Origin: Flectonema sp. DT1601
Taxonomy: Eukaryota
Assembly (NCBI GenBank): GCA_964019425.1
Contig: OZ025787.1
Span: 620,001-684,000 of the forward strand
Direction of reading: 5' to 3'
Length of the DNA stretch: 64,000 bases
Every line of letters starts with the position of its first letter. Position 1 is the stretch's first letter. Below are positions 39,701-52,700 of this stretch, piece by piece. The notes under the pieces were generated by a model that saw nothing but the letters and a program-made list of their open reading frames with translations, had not been told where the DNA came from and did no database searches. The position numbers were made by a program, and so were the translations under genes.

Positions 39701-42013
39701 CAGACTGCTGCTGATACAACAACCCCAACTGTTGACACTGCAACCCCAACTGTTGGCACAGCTACGCAGACTGCTGCTGACACAACTGTTGGCACAACTA
39801 CGCAGACTGCTGCTGATACAACAACCCCAACTGTTGACACTGCAACCCCAACTGTTGGCACAGCTACGCAGACTGCTGCTGACACAACTGTTGACACTGC
39901 AACCCCAACTGTTGGCACAGCTACGCAGACTGCTGCTGACACAACTGTTGACACTGCAACCCCAACTGTTGGCACAGCTACGCAGACTGCTGCTGACACA
40001 ACTGTTGGCACAACTACGCAGACTGCTGCTGATACAACAACCCCAACTGTTGACACTGCAACCCCAACTGTTGGCACAACTACGCAGACTGCTGCTGATA
40101 CAACAACCCCAACTGTTGACACTGCAACCCCAACTGTTGGCACAGCTACGCAGACTGCTGCTGACACAACTGTTGGCACAACTACGCAGACTGCTGCTGA
40201 TGCAACAACCGCAACTGTTGACACTGCAACCCCAACTGTTGGCACAACTACGCAGACTGCTGCTGATGCAACAACCGCAACTGTTGACACTACAACTCAG
40301 ATTGTTGGCACAACTACTCAGACTGCTGCTGACACAACTGTTGACACTGCAACCCCAACTGTTGGCACAACTACGCAGACTGCTGCTGATGCAACAACCC
40401 CAACTGTTGACACTACAACTCCTACTGTTGGCACAACTACACAGACTGCTGCTGATACAGCAACCCCAACTGTTGACACTGCAACCCCAACTGTTGGCAC
40501 AACTACTCAGACTGCTGCTGACACAACTGTTGGCACAACTACGCAGACTGCTGCTGATACAACAACCCCAACTGTTGACACTGCAACCCCAACTGTTGGC
40601 ACAACTACGCAGACTGCTGCTGATGCAACAACCGCAACCGTTGACACTACAACTCAGATTGTTGGTACAACTACTCAGACTGCTGCTGACACAACTGTTG
40701 ACACAACTACGCAGACTGCTGCTGATACAACAACCCCAACTGTTGACACTGCAACCCCAACTGTTGGCACAACTACTCAGACTGCTGCTGACACAACTGT
40801 TGGCACAACTACGCAGACTGCTGCTGATACAACAACCCCAACTGTTGACACTGCAACCCCAACTGTTGGCACAACTACTCAGACTGCTGCTGACACAACT
40901 GTTGGCACAACTACGCAGACTGCTGCTGATACAACAACCGCAACCGTTGACACTACAACTCTGATTGTTGGCACAACTACTCAGACTGCTGCTGAAACAG
41001 CAACTCCAATTGGTGCTGTAACAAGCACACGGGCTACTGCTGACACTGCAACTCGGACTGTTGGCACAACTACGCAGACTGCTGCTGGCACAACAACCCC
41101 AACTGTTGGCACAACTACGCAGACTGCTGCTGATACAACAACCCCAACTGTTGACACTACAACTCAGACTGTTGGAACAACTACACAGACCGCTGCTGAC
41201 ACAACTGTTGGCACTACAACTCCTACTGTTGGCACAACGACGCTGACAGCTGCTGGTACAATAACTCCAACTGCTGTAACAACTATAGTGACACCCAGTT
41301 TGATTACTACTCACTCGTTGTCTTCAGTTGTTAGCAGCACTGTAACTAGTGATGGAGAGACATCGAATGGCAGCATCACATCATCTCTGCCAGCAACTGA
41401 ATTAACATCAACAACGAGTAGCAGCATCACACGGACCGCTACTCGCAGTATCAGCGCCACTACAGATATCACGAAAACGTTTTCTCGTAGTGTCACTAGT
41501 GATATCACAGTCACACCGATTGCGGATATTGCAACCGAGACACTGACGATGGATGTTATCGTTGTGCGTGGTGTTTTCAACAGCGGGAACTGCATTACGT
41601 TTCTGTCCAGTGCGAAACAGATTGCAGATTTCGAAGACATAACAAAAGAAGTTCTGAAAGTTGTGAAGGCTGCATTCTCATATGAGTGTGGGAGTGTAAT
41701 ATTTGAAGTCACTGTACCCCTTCGTAACCTTACTGAGAGTTCTCGATTGACGAAGCTGACCGAGAGCAAGGATTTTGAAAGTGAATTAGATTCGAAACTC
41801 CGAGAAACCAAAAACAGAGACTTACTAAACACTCTTGGATTACTAACAAATGATATCCCAATCCCTACTCCGATGACTCCGACTGATGATCAGTTGGATA
41901 CTTCTTTGATTATATTAGTAATTGTAGGTGGGGTCGTTGTGGTGACGCTCATCATTCTATTTCTGTGGAGATCGTATAGAAGGTCTCGTCGAAAAGCTCA
42001 ATTACCAACTTAG
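36702..42013 (+). CDS. Subtilase-CUB-mucin copy 4; exons 36702-37881, 37947-42013 (1748 aa)
   Basis: Same architecture, intron and catalytic motifs as copy 1. Confidence 0.9.
38840..41280 (+). repeat. Coding minisatellite of copy 4 (mixed TVGTTTQTAADT and TVDTATP subunits)
   Basis: Directly visible tandem repeats. Confidence 0.95.
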
Positions 42014-43267
42014 CGACACACCTCTGTGGGGGGAGTTGTTTAGTTATTTTAATGAATTCACGCAATTGCCTTTTGATTTCAATTGTTTATTATCAAGGCT
42101 GCTGAGGTGAAAAAAAAATATAAAGTTCGTTTGTTTCTTTTTGTTTTGTTGTTAGGTACGTTAGATACGATAGTTGCTTCAGAAGAAGCCAATTTGTTTT
42201 TTGATTTTTTATTTATGCATCCATCGATTCTTTTTTAGATTGTGAACTGTCGCATGATTTATCCCTTTTTTTAAAATTAATCGATTTGCGATATGCTATT
42301 CTGATTGTTTATCTTTTCTGTTTCCGAAGTGATAATACGATATGCCGTGGGGTGTGTTCGCATCTCATTTCAATCACTCACCTCGGTCACTCACTATCAG
42401 TCACTCATACATAGTGGCAGACCTGGTTTTTTGAAACTTTGTGTTGAAATACGGAATTTTGAAAATTTTTATGCGGAATTAGGGGTTTTCCCTTCTGAAT
42501 TTAGCAAGAATTGTAAAGAGGTAAGATAATTGACTACATATGTAAACCTGCTTAAGTCGGTTCACGGTTTCCTAAGTCAGCTCCAGTTATTTTTAAGTCA
42601 TATCGTAAATGACTTCTCAAACGGATCTCTCTGTTCTCCGAGCTGTGCTATTGACTAAAAAGGTTCTCAACAGACACGAATAGTGATGTGGTCATACAAA
42701 TTGCAAGTAAATGCATTAGCGACAACGTCTTCTGGTCAACGACAAAAATATGATTTTCCCTATTTTGTTTTGTTTTTTTAAACATACCTTTTCTTTGATT
42801 AACAACTGCAAATCCTTTTTCACGTACTTGATATTAATTTTATTTTTAATACCTAAAGTTGTTACTGTTTTTGTATTGTCAAAGTTTCACAGTTTTTGGA
42901 AGGCATCCTGACAATAGCAGTTTGCAACAAAATCGAATGAACAAAAATCTTTGTTCGCTGTGTGTGAATCTTATTAGTAGACAAAACCTACATCGTCAAG
43001 TCAGCTATCAATCGCTTCTCTCCCCAGTTATTTTTAGTCATATCGTAAACGACTTCTCAAGCGACAGATCTCTGTTCTCCGAGCTGTGTTATTGACTAAA
43101 AAGGTTTTTGTTCTCAACAGACACGAATATTGATGTGGTCATACAAATTGCAGGGACCGCGTTAGGCTACAGGTGAAAGTGTCGAATCCAAAACAAGAGA
43201 GAATGGATAAGTATTTTTATTATTTCCTTTAAACAGATCTCCTTGAATTATCTTGTGATCCACAACA

Positions 43268-45562
43268 ATGAGACTACGTACCACATGGATGGTTGTCAGT
43301 TGTGGAGTCGTGTCAACCGTTGCATCGCTAGCGGCAGGGTTGATAATGTACCTTGAGGGGTTGGTTGTAATTGAGCATACTGTTGAGGAGACAGGGCGAG
43401 CGGATTTGCAAGCGATTGCGAGAGAAGGGAGGGCCAGCTTTGAAACAACAGAGAACAGCACTGCTCGGATTGGTGACATGTTAAACAATCTTGATAACTA
43501 TCCGGACTACGAATCCTTCTCTAAGTGGATGGCTGTGAGATCGATCGCTGAGATATACCGCAGCAACGTATTAAGTGGAGCAGGAATGCTTTCGTTTAGT
43601 ACAGACAAGAATCAATCCAGACGAATAATGGACTTGTTGTGGTATGATCTCCACAGGGACCGCTCACGTCACTATGTCCATGCTCAAGCGAATGCCCTTA
43701 TTGATACGCCTTCTTGTGGTTACCCGTGCGTCGTTGCATTTGCAATCCCTGATCCAAACACAGCAGCACGGGGTCCTAATATCTATAACTTTACAACCAG
43801 ATTGTTGGATGATCCCAATGTAAATGAACTTCTCGATACTGGCATTGCTCCTGGTACTTCGTGGTGGTCTAACCCCCTGATCTGGTTCTCTAGTGATGGC
43901 AATCCATATGTGTACCTCATTAATTTGAGACTGTTACCGCTGTCACCTAGGCACAGCATTCTTTCAGGGATGCAATCGATAGCTAAGTCCGACATGTTGA
44001 CGGAGCACTGGAGAAAGCTCATGGCCAAGTACACAACAGAGGCTAAGGTTCTTATTACGCAAGTTGCAAGCGGGCGCGACAGTATTGTGCTGACAGGCAA
44101 CTTTCCGGAGGCCGAGGTCGACAAGGACTGCAAAGCTGGGTTCCAACAGGAGGGCCTGGAACGGCCGCCGTGTCTGAAATACGTCTTGAACCTGACGGAA
44201 GAATTCCAAAAACTGGTAGGCGAGCTCAATAACACGGCCAACGGACATTTTCGCAGAGGGTCTTCGTACTGGATGATGAAAGATTACTTATTTTTGAAGG
44301 GCAACAGCCGAGGAGCTCTGGACGACATCTACCTGATGTGGTTTCGAAGCATTTCATCTGTGAATGGACAGCTGAACCGCGCCTTGTTCCTGCTGATCGC
44401 GTTTTCTGTACTTGTGGCGTCATTCGACCTGATGATTGGGTCTCTGGAGATCTTCTTCATCGCTAAGCCTCTCGGCAGGCTGGCAGAGTCGACGGTTCCC
44501 CTCTGCAGGCTGGATCTGGTGGCTGCGAACAAGCTGATCGATCCCTGTTTGGGGAGTTTCATAGCAGAGTGTCAGGATCTCGCGAACGGGCTCGCATTCG
44601 CAACAGCAAGTCTCGATGAGTACAAGGCGTTCCTTCCGAAGAGTCTGTTCAGTCAAAGCGAAGACTCTGACGGGTCGCCGGCTCCATCGCAAAATTCTTC
44701 GAAGCCTTCCTCGCAGGTGGGGGATTCGAACTCGTCCAGGACATCAAAGAAACCTCAACATGTCGCGGGACCTGCTGCTGCACTCAGAGTGGGCCTCGCG
44801 AAAACACCATTGACTGCAATAAAAGTAAAGCTTAGTGATGCTATTAAAGAGAAGTCCTTCATCGAAGCCCTCTCAGTGATGGAATCTGTTGTTTCTTCGC
44901 ACAGGGGAACACTGCATCAGTTTTACGTAGCAGACCCCAGCATGCAGTGCGCAACCTGGCAGGGTGTCAGCAGCTCGGTGATTGAAAGGTGTTGTCAGGT
45001 CGCCATACACATGAAGGAGATGAAGCATCATGCTGTTATCATATCCGAACCGGGATGTAGGAGTGGTAATTTAGGATCGAGTACAATACGATCATTTGCA
45101 GTTACGGGAGTGATCGAGAAAGTCATAGGACCGATGCTGGATATTGCTATGTGGCTGGGAGCGCAATCATCTAGTGCTGTGATATTGACAAGCAAGGGGT
45201 GTGCGGTGAAGGTGCAAAGCAGTATCAAAACCAGCGTACTTCTCAGTGCCCGAATCCACCTGGAACTTCACACACTGTCAGAAATCGTCGGTCAGGAACA
45301 AGTGCAGCAAGAAGAGTGGATGTACACAATGGAAACAGGTGGTACCGGCAATGTGATCGCAAACTTGAAAAATGCGGGTGGAGTCATCACGGAGAAAGAC
45401 CTCGTTGCTCTGCAGAGCGAGGTAGACAAGGGAAAGTGCTCCCCTTCCTTCAAGTACATGTTAAAACTGGCACAGACAAATGTCGGTGATGCGTTCATGA
45501 TTACTCACGGTGCGGTGCAAGTAGGAGATAAGCATCTGTCAACACAGTGCATTCCAACATAA
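43268..45562 (+). CDS. Receptor-type membrane protein: TM, extracellular domain, TM, HAMP-like linker, degenerate class III nucleotide-cyclase-like domain (764 aa)
   Basis: Two hydrophobic helices. KPLGRLAES...ECQDLANG...YKAFLPKS linker, then GTLHQF, SGNLGS...RSF and EEWMY. Catalytic aspartates are not evident. Intronless. Confidence 0.6.
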   Translation: MRLRTTWMVVSCGVVSTVASLAAGLIMYLEGLVVIEHTVEETGRADLQAIAREGRASFETTENSTARIGDMLNNLDNYPDYESFSKWMAVRSIAEIYRSNVLSGAGMLSFSTDKNQSRRIMDLLWYDLHRDRSRHYVHAQANALIDTPSCGYPCVVAFAIPDPNTAARGPNIYNFTTRLLDDPNVNELLDTGIAPGTSWWSNPLIWFSSDGNPYVYLINLRLLPLSPRHSILSGMQSIAKSDMLTEHWRKLMAKYTTEAKVLITQVASGRDSIVLTGNFPEAEVDKDCKAGFQQEGLERPPCLKYVLNLTEEFQKLVGELNNTANGHFRRGSSYWMMKDYLFLKGNSRGALDDIYLMWFRSISSVNGQLNRALFLLIAFSVLVASFDLMIGSLEIFFIAKPLGRLAESTVPLCRLDLVAANKLIDPCLGSFIAECQDLANGLAFATASLDEYKAFLPKSLFSQSEDSDGSPAPSQNSSKPSSQVGDSNSSRTSKKPQHVAGPAAALRVGLAKTPLTAIKVKLSDAIKEKSFIEALSVMESVVSSHRGTLHQFYVADPSMQCATWQGVSSSVIERCCQVAIHMKEMKHHAVIISEPGCRSGNLGSSTIRSFAVTGVIEKVIGPMLDIAMWLGAQSSSAVILTSKGCAVKVQSSIKTSVLLSARIHLELHTLSEIVGQEQVQQEEWMYTMETGGTGNVIANLKNAGGVITEKDLVALQSEVDKGKCSPSFKYMLKLAQTNVGDAFMITHGAVQVGDKHLSTQCIPT

Positions 45563-46050
45563 TTATTATCTTTTTATTTCTGTTTTAATTTTTTTTGTTA
45601 CGCATAAGCAGCTTAGCAGTTAGACTTTCATTAACATGAAAGGCCTGCTGGATTTGACATTTTTGAATAGTGCGCTAAGTATTTCATTTTCTATTACCTT
45701 GCAAAGTGATAATATATTTTTCAGATTGATCGACCTGTTATTATTATCCCTCTCTTTGTTTTTCTATTCCCTTCCCTAATTCTTGCTACGCTGACAATAT
45801 ATTTTTTTCTCTACTACTGGCTTTACAGAATGTGTTATTATATAACTGATTCCTCTTACGTCACTAGTTGTGTTTCGGGAGTATAAAATAATCGTTTTCT
45901 TTTTTTCTTAAAGCAAATATTTCGCTTTTCTTCTGTTTTTTGTCCGAACCCTTTGTTGGAAAGGGAATCGTGGCAGCGCTTATCCTTTGTAAAATTTTTA
46001 TGGTTGTGCAGGTGTTAATTAAAGGAAAATAGTGAAGTTGATCGTATTAA

Positions 46051-48437
46051 CCCTTACACCACCAAAACCCCCAAAATAACGGGTCCAAAATTTTGCTGTT
46101 TTTTCAAAAAGAGAAAAGGTACCCCCCCAGAAAACCTATGTACCAAACCGGACACAACCACCCCTACGGGGTCAATAGCACCTGTCACCCGCACACCTAA
46201 CGGTGCGTACCTTGGTGCGTTGTTGCACATTCAGCAGAACTAACAAAGTCGGCACTCAACGGTTTCCATTCATAGCAGCTGCATGTTATTCCCTTCCTGT
46301 ATTTTGAAAGGGATGATGTTTCTGCGCAACATCATGTCAGAGGGAGCCCAAGTAAAGAGAATGCCAAATCACGGCCAAAATTAAATCGAAAAATCAGCCT
46401 GTTTTTTGAGCTTGTAAAAGCCCTCTGTGGTAGCAGAAACTACGCGAACAACTTGCATCATAGCACAGCAGGTGCAGATACACAAGACGTCGAAGATTAC
46501 CGCATCGAGGCTGATAAGCTCGGAAAATGTAAATAACATCGATCCCAGATCATGGAACTTCATTAGTAACAGTGCAGCTACTGGGCTGGATTTATAACTT
46601 TCGCCTCTTTACCCCACTATTGGGCATGCTGGATTTTCGAGAAGTCGGCGGCTTAGGAACATCACAAGGAATTTTGTAGTTTTGGAGGGTGTGATACCTT
46701 TTGAAACATGGGTAAGCACAAAGCGCTTGATTGCATCGCTCACAGTAATACATTATTTGTATGCGCTTTGCGTGAACTGCACACTGACGAGCCTTTTCCA
46801 TCTTTCCGAGGTAGTCCCAAAGCTGGCTTGAGTCGATCAGGGATTGATACTGATGGTGGAGAAGGCGGTACTGATGGTGTTATTAATAGTGTTGGTGCTG
46901 CTCGGGTACATTTAAAGTACCTAGAAGCTGCGCAATCAGCGCCAACTTAAAGGAGGAAAATCTCTTGCTTCTCCAACCAGATTCACTCCTATCCGTCCAA
47001 ACTCCACCGTGTCCACGTCGCATCAGAATAAAAGAATTCAAGATGCACGTCTCCAATATAAAAATAAAAACCTTCAAATACCAGCGAGGAGATTTCTGCG
47101 TCCTACGGGTTCTATCCTTGATGGCACAGCGAGGTCTGCGCCTCCCTTCATGATGTTGTACTTCGCCACCTGCTGTGGCATCGGAACAGAGGATTTTTTA
47201 TACTTGGCCCGAACTTTGCCTGACCTTCTGCAGGTTGTCCTTCCCGTCTTTCCACTTCACGAGGTGGACCTTGTGGGACTGACTCCATACGCATCATACT
47301 TCTTCAGCTGTTGTTGGGACTCTTGTCTTGTAGGGCGGCCACGGTGTGCTTTTTTTTTCGATATCAGATCTTTATCAAGGTCTTTTCTGTCTTTTCTCAC
47401 TGCTCCAACAGCCTTTAGCCTACTTTCAGCAGCCTGACGAAAAACTTGTACCGAGAAAACCAATTGTCGAAGCACACCCAGTATCGATAAGCTTCAGTAA
47501 GGTTTCGAACCACTTTGTCCGGCTTACGGGAATCCTTCCTATGGTTCTTACCAACATAAAAAATACACTTCAGAGTATATCCCTCGGTCACACAAGGTGT
47601 AAACCTTGATTCCGAATCGCTTTCTCTTCATCGGAGAGTAGAACATGAACGATATACGTCCACGGCAGGGAATTATTGTTTCGTCGACACTTAAATAGCG
47701 GCCTGGTGTTACCGCGGATGACCACTTAGGGAGAACAAGGTCGAGCAGTGGACGCACCTTGTGAAGTTTATCACGCTTCGGATCACTAAAATCGGGAGCT
47801 GGCAATGTCGCAGAGAAGTGTAAATTTCTCTGAATTTCGGCAAAGCCATTACGCGAAAACCCTTTTGGAAAGTAGGGGGTCGACAGCATGTCATTTAAAC
47901 TCCAGTAATCTTCCAGGTTAGATTTTATTATTAGGTGCGTCAGTAGCGTCCCCCAACAAAAGCCCTCAGCTCCTGTACTGGTTTCGAATTTTCTTCCCTC
48001 TGTGCATAGCCTCAGAGTTTTCTTTCATCAGCTGGAAAACTGATTCTCTGAAGAAAAACTCAAAAACCTGCAGTTCCGAGTTGCCTGCAACTTTAACCTT
48101 TAACGTTTCTTGGAAACGTGACTTTATTCTTGGTAACCTTGTTACCTCCCCTCCCCATTCAGGGTCAGATACTTCGTCAAACAACGAATCGGAGCACACC
48201 GACGGCGGATCAACTTCATCAGAACTGTGGACCGACATATTTCCTAAGTTGATTTTGGCCAGCTATAGCGAATGGAAAAATTACTATTCAATAAAAACTA
48301 TTGCGACGCAACACGTAAGGAACACAAAAGACGTCGCAATAATACCTCTTCCGTGAAATCGTTGCACTCAGAAATGCAAAATTTTCACTTAGCAAAATTT
48401 TTTTTTTTTTCAGACTGATATATCCGGTGGTGTAAGG
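46051..48437 (-). mobile_element. Decayed piggyBac transposon
   Basis: TTAA|CCCTTACACCACC at the left end and GGTGGTGTAAGG|TTAG at the right. Fragmented minus-strand transposase with SVDETII, FDNWFS, YNIMKGGAD and a C-terminal Cys-rich domain (CERCNQALCAYPCFKRYH). Confidence 0.92.
46592..48238 (-). pseudogene. piggyBac transposase with multiple frameshifts and stops
   Basis: The DDD motifs are distributed over several short ORFs in different frames. Confidence 0.88.
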
Positions 48438-50197
48438 TTAGATCTTCCCCCTTTTTCACTTACGGTAGCGTGCTCAACTACGTTCACGTGGCCTCCACCA
48501 AAGAAACCAGGCAAAATGTTCAATGCCTCCTGTTTCATGGTGACAGTACTTTTATTTTTTGTGCAAAGACCTGCAGTATTCTTCCCAGATATATCTTTTC
48601 GTATCGTATCAATTTCCCCCTCTTTTTTTTCTTGTGACTTTTTTTTCTTTTGGAGTGATCCAAAAAAGTAATATTAGGATGTTGAAACCCGCAGCGTTGT
48701 TCTAAAGAATCAAGCTACTTTAATAGTTACTTTGATTGGCACAATACGTAAATATCTGCAGCGAAGTGTATTTTCAGGGTTTGCATGAGAGCTTAATTAG
48801 TCTTTTTTACCGACGACCGTGACAAGAGGCAGCTCATCTGCGTCTTGCACTTTTAAAGTGAATTTTCTCAGACAAAAATCCAGCTGACAGGGAAAAGCAA
48901 AGGAATCAGCATGTGTTTTCTTCCCGATGGGGGAAAAACAAAAAAAACATTGTGCTCTCGTCTGTCTTCTGGGATAGAGCTGGGGAAAGAGAGAGTTCTC
49001 TCTCTGCGTTAGCAGCGTTTCGAATCCCAGCAATATTTCTCAGTTAGAGGAAGCAAAAGTCATAACAAGGTTGCTGTAGGTGAACCTGCAGCAGATTATT
49101 ACCAAAGTCCTTAAAATTATTCTGGCAATCCATGCTGCGACCTCGAAACCGGCTGCTGCTTGAGTTACGAAGCATGGATTAACATCCCATTCTTTGTGTC
49201 TTTTTTACAATTTTCCTTTTTCCCTCCCTCATTTCTGTTACTCTTTTAGTAGCGTGTTATATGGGCTCCGCTATATTGATTCTTTGTAACTGCTAACATT
49301 CGGCGCATTGTTCGATTTACTAAAATGTTATTACCTTTCTGACAGCACGTATTTTGTTTTGTTAGGCAGTACAAGTAACTTTTATTTTCGTTCCCTTTTT
49401 TTCCCCCCTTCGAACTATTTGAAAAATGAAAAAAGGTAAGTCTACACAACAAGTTAAATAATCTACAAAACCTTTTTTTTCATTTTATTTTCTTCCTCTC
49501 CTTTTTATTCCCTACCCTCAAGTTTTAAAAAGCCCCGCTGTTCAGCATGGAGCAGATAACGGAGAAAGTAATACACAACATGAAAAAATGAATTCCGTTC
49601 CCTCTTGTTCTCTTGGTCTAATATCAATTTTAAATTGAAGTTGAAATTGGGTTTTTCTAAAATTTATCTTTCCCACAAGGTAACACCAACAGCATGATCT
49701 GTATTCTCGTTGCTTTTATTACTCTATGCTTCCGTTAATGCTACTCAATCAGACTGATGAAGCCTGCTCTTTTCATTCAGATTTAAAGAAATGTACGAAG
49801 GCTTCGACCGTGTTTGAAGAATGTTTGTGCCTCGTTGGCCATTTGATCAGATTTTTGAACCATTGTCTCAAGCTTATCATGTCTCCCCGGTGGCTGTAGG
49901 CTTTTTTATTTACTGTAACTACAAATAACATGGATGGCATACAAAAAAAAAAGCTCATCTATCTTCGGTGAGTCGGCCAGCAGTCACAAACGGACATTGA
50001 AAGCGCGGATAATTGTTGTTGCTGTGGAAACCTTGCTCTGCTGAAGAGGGAGTTGAAATTTTCCCCACCTGCATTCTGATTCAAGTTGTCTTCGAGAGTA
50101 CTTGAATCAGAATACTTGCTTTTGTCAAAAAGCTACTTATTCCTCCAGCTCATACGTCCTTCTCATCTTTTCTGGAGACTGGACCGCTGGTGAACGC

Positions 50198-50356
50198 GCA
50201 AACAGAACAAATCTTTTCTTTTGTTCTTCGTTAAAACTACTTTGAGACACGGTCTTCCGCTAATCATCGCACGAACAGAACATATCTTTTCTTGTTCTCG
50301 TTTAAACATTACCTGCAAACAGAGCATATCTTTTTTTTGTTCTTGTTAAAACTCTA
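50198..50356 (+). repeat. Three imperfect ~42-bp direct repeats (GCAAACAGAACAAATCTTTT...GTTCT..GTTAAAAC)
   Basis: Copies begin near 50198, 50269 and 50315. Confidence 0.7.
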
Positions 50357-50774
50357 TTTTAACAAAGCTTGCGAATCAGCCTGCGGGGGAGGAGGGGCGG
50401 CTGGGGGTAGCGACGGGACCCACGCCGGAACTGGCAAGCCTGAAGTGCGAGGGAGTAATTAGCCTTCCTATACTGTATGCACCTGGGAAAGAGAAGTATA
50501 CCTAATTGAATGAACATGCAGTTAACAAGTCTGAGATCACAAAGAAGAATCTACACTGTGGTGCAGATTACTTCTGCGTAGGGGTTGTACCGGGCCGTTT
50601 CGATTCGACGGGACACCGGCGGGGGAAGGGTGGGTGGGACTTAATTTAAATATAAGTTTTCTTGTGATGAAGACAGGGGTGTGAGAACTGATAAAGGGAT
50701 AGAAATATTTGATATCGTCAGAAAACTAATAGAGACATTGACCTATATAAATAAATAAGGAACGGCGATTATGT

Positions 50775-50846
50775 GGCTACATAGCTCAATTGATAGAACG
50801 CCGGTCTGAAATAATGGCGGTCGAGGGTTCAAAACCCGCTGACGGC
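50775..50846 (+). ncRNA. tRNA-derived (Phe-GAA-like) element in repeat A2, with a broken acceptor stem
   Basis: 72-nt canonical spacing: A box TAGCTCAATTGATAG, anticodon loop CTGAAAT, B box GGTTCAAAACC, then T5 at 50849-53. Confidence 0.75.
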
Positions 50847-50980
50847 GGTTTTTGTTTGGTGCTCAGTTTCGGTGGCAAATTACCTAAATGGAATTTTGAT
50901 AATTAGCCTTCCTATACTGTATGCACCTGGGAAAGAGAAGTATACTTAATTGAATGAACATGCAGTTAACAAGTCTGAGA

Positions 50981-52700
50981 TCACAAAGAAGAATCTACAC
51001 TGTGGTGCAGATTACTTCTGCGTAGGGGTTGTACCGGGCCGTTTCGATTCGACGGGACACCGGCACCACCACCACCACGCGAGTTAAAGAACGACCCCAA
51101 CGCTTGTTCAACCTTCGCTCTCGTTCCGTGTGAGACTTCCTCTCGAGAAGGAATGTCTGCTGGGTTTAGCTTCGTGCTTACCCAGGCAAGGGAGTAGGAA
51201 CATTTCAAAACTAAAAGGCATTCAATCGCAGTTATCAAACACCTGTTGAGACTGTGTGAGCGAACACACATCTTCTTCCTAAAAGCACCACAAACTGTAG
51301 TGTTGTCAACCCAGATGGAAAGGTGGTCGGCCTTTGAGTGTCTGTCCAAGAGCGTCCGCTTCAAGGATATTTATATGTCGGTCTTCACCAGCAGGCCATG
51401 CCGCACCAAGAATTTCCAGCTCACCTGTTTTCCAAACGATGACACCTCCCCATCCCTGCAATGAGGCATCTACAAACACTTCGGCAGTCCTCCCCTCTTT
51501 CTGCTCAGGCATAATTATTCTCTCCTTCTGCACAGCACCGATCCACATTTCTAATTCCCTCCTTACTGAACGGGGCAATTTTAGTACCTGCTGTACTTGT
51601 AGGGTCCCCTTGTTCAAGTAATTTGTGACCCTGCGAAGATACTTCAAGCTAAACCAGTACTTCCCAGGTGGAACTCCAACAATGGAGCTGGCATGCAACA
51701 GGCGACCTCCTAAGGACTCCAACTCCGATGCAGTCAATGAATCAAGGTTGGTGTTCTTGATTTTTCTCCCAATCTTGGTCCCCAAGCTCACCCTGTCCGT
51801 ATGGTGATCAAAGGTGACCCCCAAGAACTCATACTCCGGAGAGAGATCCACAGTATCACTTGGTTTCCATGTGATGTTTGCCATTCTGGCAAAGGAGTCC
51901 ATCCTCTCAGCTGCGCATTTAACCTTCTCCTTGGGACCAAATAACCTAATGTTATCGATCCACCAGTGAATCCAACGGCATCCTGCAGGGACTTCAAGAC
52001 TGGATTCTACCAGGTCTGCATACCTGAGGAGTCAACTTCACTCTTCAGTTTCTCTGATTCGGCTGGGAAGGTTTATTCTTTGACTCGACTTCCGATGGGT
52101 CATGTGTGTGCCCCAGAATTGATGAACACCATCGCTGCAGTAGTTGCTGGTGACCCGCTGTTCGTTAAGAAAGAATTTGCGGAGGAGGAAACCTCCGAAT
52201 GTACAGCATCCAGGTAACAAGAAATGTGCTGCAGTGGAACGAATGGTTCATATCCCCCAGACGAGATCAGTTCGTTCTGCTCTTTTGTCCAGAGGATGAA
52301 CCGCTGTCTGTTCCCCGTCTCCCTCTCCTCTCATACACTGTAAATGGTACATTCCGAGACAGCGGTACAGAATCACTCGGCACTGCAATACCACACTCAA
52401 CCAATTCTCTTGCATGTTTCTCTGCCAACTTCGAAGTTGCCCTCTTCGAGAGCCGTGCATTGACAGAAGAATCCCTAGGAAAGAAGGTGAGGTTCCAAAC
52501 ATAATCAAACCTCTTCAGGACCGATGGCAACATCCTCCCCCTTACAGCTGAAACATCCATCTTAGGTGTAGGGGCCACATGTAGTGGTGAAGATATCTCC
52601 TCCTTCGTTATGGGGATGCGCGTGCTCTTTGTTCTGTGCGTGAACTGCGCTGCTACGCCCCGCATCACATCCCGTTCACTCGCATTCTTTGATCTATCAA
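50981..52700 (-). pseudogene. RT/RNase H of the YR element, disrupted by frameshifts (~52330, ~51340) and an internal inversion
   Basis: Minus strand: NVPFTV, RQRFILW, WIDNIRL, EFLGV, and RH motifs VDAS, HINILEA, VDNTT, NPADIPSR. Plus strand: RDFKTGFYQ and RLPMG. Confidence 0.85.

Noticed and set aside
8760..41314. Very long antisense and alternate-frame ORFs over the repeats (C/S-rich, V-rich, L/Q-rich)
   Set aside because: These are by-products of stop-free, in-phase minisatellite units and end at the repeat boundaries.
50775..50846. Functional tRNA-Phe gene
   Set aside because: The acceptor stem has three mismatches and each other arm has one, so it is kept only as a tRNA-derived element.
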